Translations under genes and position numbers: made by a program
In this document: piece by piece, positions 34,986-37,420 of the stretch
Position numbering within the stretch: the first letter of the stretch is position 1
Layout: the number at the start of each line of letters is the position of its first letter
Assembly (NCBI GenBank): GCA_964587725.1
Contig: CAZPLO010000013.1
Coordinates: 1 to 37,420, forward strand
Direction: 5' to 3'
Source of the DNA: an uncultured archaeon
GTDB lineage: Archaea; Altiarchaeota; Altiarchaeia; IMC4; SCGC-AAA252-I15
Length of the DNA: 37,420 bases
The notes under the pieces: model-generated
The model's input: the letters and a program-made list of their open reading frames with translations, nothing else
The model's database searches: none
What the model was told of the DNA's origin: nothing

Positions 34986-35545
34986 ATCTTCCCCACCATG
35001 TCCGTGCTTTCCTCGATAACGTCTTCTCCGGGCTGCCAGCTGGCTGGACATACTTTCCCCTTGTGTTCGCGGACGAATTTGGCGGCCTGCAGACGCCTGA
35101 TTATTTCTTTGATGCTGCGGCCGATGCTGTTGTCGTGCATGTCCACGCTCTTGACTACTCCGTCGGGGTCTATTATGTATGTCGCCCGGAGGCTGTGTCC
35201 CTCGTCTTCCGCGTATGTTCCGAATGTTCTGCAGAGTTTTCCGCCTGGGTCCGCCAGCATCGGATACTTTATTTTTTTGATGGCTTCTGAGTTGTCGTGC
35301 CAGGCTTTGTGGACGAATGCGGTGTCCGTGGACACGCTCAGTATTTCGGCGCCGAGTTTCCGTATTTCACTGTGGTGTTCGGCGGCCTCCTCGAGTTCGG
35401 TGGGGCATACGAAGGTGAAGTCGGCGGGGTAGAAGAGCATGATAAGCCATTTCCCCCGGTAGTCTGCGAGCTTCATGGTTTTGATGTCGTCGTCTGCGTA
35501 CGCGTTCACTTCCGCCGCCGGTATTTCACCGCCCACCATAATCAT
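34982..35545 (-). CDS. ahpC: 2-Cys peroxiredoxin
   Basis: FYPADFTFVCPTE, HKAW, VCPASW. Confidence 0.94.
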   Translation of the reverse strand: MIMVGGEIPAAEVNAYADDDIKTMKLADYRGKWLIMLFYPADFTFVCPTELEEAAEHHSEIRKLGAEILSVSTDTAFVHKAWHDNSEAIKKIKYPMLADPGGKLCRTFGTYAEDEGHSLRATYIIDPDGVVKSVDMHDNSIGRSIKEIIRRLQAAKFVREHKGKVCPASWQPGEDVIEESTDMVGKI

Positions 35546-35547
35546 TT

Positions 35548-35715
35548 TTATTCCACCTTCTTGAACTGGTCTTTGCCTACGCCGCAGACGGGGCACTTCC
35601 AGTCATCCGGTATTTTCTCGAACGGCGTTCCCGGCTCTACGCCGTGCTGTGGGTCGCCTTTCCCGGGGTCGTATACGTATCCGCACACCTTGCACTCGTA
35701 TTTTGGTTCTGCCAT
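35548..35715 (-). CDS. rub: Rubredoxin (55 aa, absent from the ORF track)
   Basis: [12 protein letters not shown]...[23 protein letters not shown]. Confidence 0.95.
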   Translation of the reverse strand: MAEPKYECKVCGYVYDPGKGDPQHGVEPGTPFEKIPDDWKCPVCGVGKDQFKKVE

Positions 35716-35739
35716 GGTGGCATAGAATACGTACGATAC

Positions 35740-35770
35740 CTTAAAAACAGTTGCTATCCGGTTGGGAACC
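35740..35770 (-). promoter_or_regulatory. TATA box plus upstream palindrome-like site of the rubredoxin operon
   Basis: TTTTTAAG about 25 nt before the ATG (leaderless spacing); 22/30 identical to 26320-26349. Confidence 0.5.
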
Positions 35771-36004
35771 TTAGCAGCAGCATGACCCGAGCCACACGTT
35801 CATGGGGTCGACGTGGAGTGCGTTGCGGCTGTGGTCGACTACGCGCACCCACTGCCCCTTCTTCACGTGGCTGTCGGCAGTGGCGGGGAAGTCACTCCCC
35901 CAGATACGGACTTTCCCGGCATTCTTCTTCTTGATGGGTTTGGTGACGCAGCATATCTCCCCCACCAGCTGCGGCAAAATCTTATAGAGGTTGCTCTTCG
36001 CCAT
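35771..36004 (-). CDS. NfeD-like OB-fold protein without TM segment, ending in CCC
   Basis: [12 protein letters not shown]...[12 protein letters not shown]...KGQWVRVV...LHV; SD GGAGGTG/GGAG. Confidence 0.65.
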   Translation of the reverse strand: MAKSNLYKILPQLVGEICCVTKPIKKKNAGKVRIWGSDFPATADSHVKKGQWVRVVDHSRNALHVDPMNVWLGSCCC

Positions 36005-36346
36005 ACTCCAACACCTCCTGCACCATAAAATCCTCCATTGAAAGCGACGTCGTATCCCGGCCCAAAATCCACATGAACACCAGGAAATCAGTGAAGATAA
36101 CACACCCCGCCAACACCGTCCAAAACATCCTTCCAACACCCCAAAACTTGACAAAATGATAATTTTAATTTATTTTTTTGACTTCTTGTTTATGTATAAG
36201 TTAATAGAGTTGACTAATATATAAATCTATCGATTTTTTTAAAAATTAGAAAAAAAATTAAAAAAATTACAATTTTTTTAAGAAAAAAATTTTAATTAAA
36301 AGAAATTTTTGTTATTTTTATAGATTAAGATAGATTATCAACCAGG

Positions 36347-37030
36347 ATGAGGGGGGTGCAATTAGACACAACACAGGAGATAAGAGACTTCTGGAACAAT
36401 AGATATCAGAATGAAGGATACCTCTGGGGGAAAGAACCTAGCGCTTTCCTCGGAGAAACCATAAGATTCCTTAAAACAAGGAAACACAAAAGTGTTTTAG
36501 ACCTCGGATGTGGCTATGGCAGGGACGCAATACACCTCGCAAAGAAAGGTTTTAAAGCCACTGGAAGTGATATCGCAGAACTAGGGCTCGAACTAGGTAA
36601 AAAGTGGGCGGAGGAGGACGGAGTGGATGTAACTTTTCGCTACATGGATGCCATGGGGCTGAATTTCCCAAATGAGAGTTTCGACGCAGTAATCTCAAAC
36701 CGTTTCCTACACCTACTTCTTCATTCTGGAGAACGTGAAAAAGTAGTCGAAGAGATACATAGGGTATTAAAAAAGGGGGGAGTTCTTAGCATAGCTATGC
36801 GGGGCTATAATGACCCCTGTAGGATGGACTCATCAAAAGACGAAAAGGACATTTGCGAACTTAATTTTAGGCCAGGACATAAAATCAAATTTCTCACACC
36901 GGAAGAATTGTATAGACTATTCGAAAATAAGTTCAAGATATATCACATAAATGAGATAATTGAAAAAGAATCTGCAGACCGTGACGGAAATACCATGCTG
37001 CTGCACCTTATCGCTGAAAAAATTTCCTGA
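36347..37030 (+). CDS. Class I SAM-dependent methyltransferase
   Basis: FWNNRY, VLDLGCGYGRD, ESFDAVIS, RVLKKGG. Confidence 0.9.
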   Translation: MRGVQLDTTQEIRDFWNNRYQNEGYLWGKEPSAFLGETIRFLKTRKHKSVLDLGCGYGRDAIHLAKKGFKATGSDIAELGLELGKKWAEEDGVDVTFRYMDAMGLNFPNESFDAVISNRFLHLLLHSGEREKVVEEIHRVLKKGGVLSIAMRGYNDPCRMDSSKDEKDICELNFRPGHKIKFLTPEELYRLFENKFKIYHINEIIEKESADRDGNTMLLHLIAEKIS

Positions 37031-37043
37031 ACCATAATTCAAA

Positions 37044-37420
37044 ATGACAAACGATATATTTACAGAAACTCTGGGAAAAGCATCTCGAGCGCGTGAATTT
37101 CTAGGAAAAGTCATCGAGGAGTATGGAGTAGAGAACGTTATAGTTGCGAACAGTTTTGGTAAAGACAGTATGGTTACTTATCACTTGGCAAGAAACGTTA
37201 ATCCGAACATATCCTGTTTTTCTGTTATGACTAAATACAAACCTGCAGAAACATTTGAACTCATAGACAGGGTTATAAGAGAATGGAATTTATATAAGGT
37301 TCCTAAAGACAGAACCTTTCCAAAGGATATGATGGGAAAGAAACCTATGATTAAGATATTCAAGTATAGGGGCAGCATTCCTGAAAAGGAATACGCACAA
37401 GACCCTAAACGCTGCTGCAA
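37044..37420 (+). CDS. PAPS/APS reductase family protein (partial, runs off the window)
   Basis: Open frame from ATG 37044: VANSFGKDSMV PP-loop, KPAETFE, DPKRCC. Confidence 0.85.
   Translation, partial: MTNDIFTETLGKASRAREFLGKVIEEYGVENVIVANSFGKDSMVTYHLARNVNPNISCFSVMTKYKPAETFELIDRVIREWNLYKVPKDRTFPKDMMGKKPMIKIFKYRGSIPEKEYAQDPKRCC

Noticed and set aside
535-35500. Many long antisense or alternate-frame ORFs (e.g. 535-1350, 4335-5306, 9249-10397, 19925-20863, 21255-22451)
   Set aside because: They shadow well-supported genes, lack motifs and are expected at high GC.
28214-35715. Selenocysteine recoding in redox genes
   Set aside because: Catalytic positions in Grx, TrxB, AhpC and rubredoxin are ordinary Cys codons with no in-frame TGA.
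36155-36345. Replication origin unwinding element
   Set aside because: No ORB-like repeats and no adjacent cdc6/orc1 gene in the window.
1-37420. CRISPR array, transposase, integrase, rRNA
   Set aside because: No repeat-spacer periodicity or corresponding motifs were seen.

Overview
GC-rich, gene-dense archaeal chromosome segment. Archaeal origin is supported by TATA-type promoters, apparently leaderless starts, GAGGTGA-type Shine-Dalgarno sites, an Ogg2 glycosylase and a CBS-HPF fusion. Thr-stalked Cys-rich surface proteins suggest Altiarchaeota/DPANN (inference). Most of the window is an oxygen/metal/stress-defence region: copA; an ATP-cone-pfpI-ferritin-SOR-rhodanese-ferredoxin operon; a CBS-HPF/AKR/UDG/DUF72/LigD-phosphoesterase operon; Rieske-CcdA; ferritin-like proteins, an MsrP-like enzyme and Grx-TrxB; VapBC; and rubredoxin-ahpC-fprA-korA-hemerythrin-korB. 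It also holds a MASE3-PAS histidine kinase with a receiver, glk-tal-rpe, and the start of a lower-GC block at the right end. The least explained part is 10.5-14.6 kb: a structured ncRNA candidate, a secreted beta-rich Cys-tailed protein, a terminator followed by a tRNA-minihelix-like element, a trimeric-adhesin-like anchored protein, four SD-led micro-ORFs and a Cys-rich membrane protein. Also notable is an archaeal GAF-GGDEF-like protein with a Hypr-type Asp-to-Ser change. All calls come from reading motifs by eye; no searches were run.
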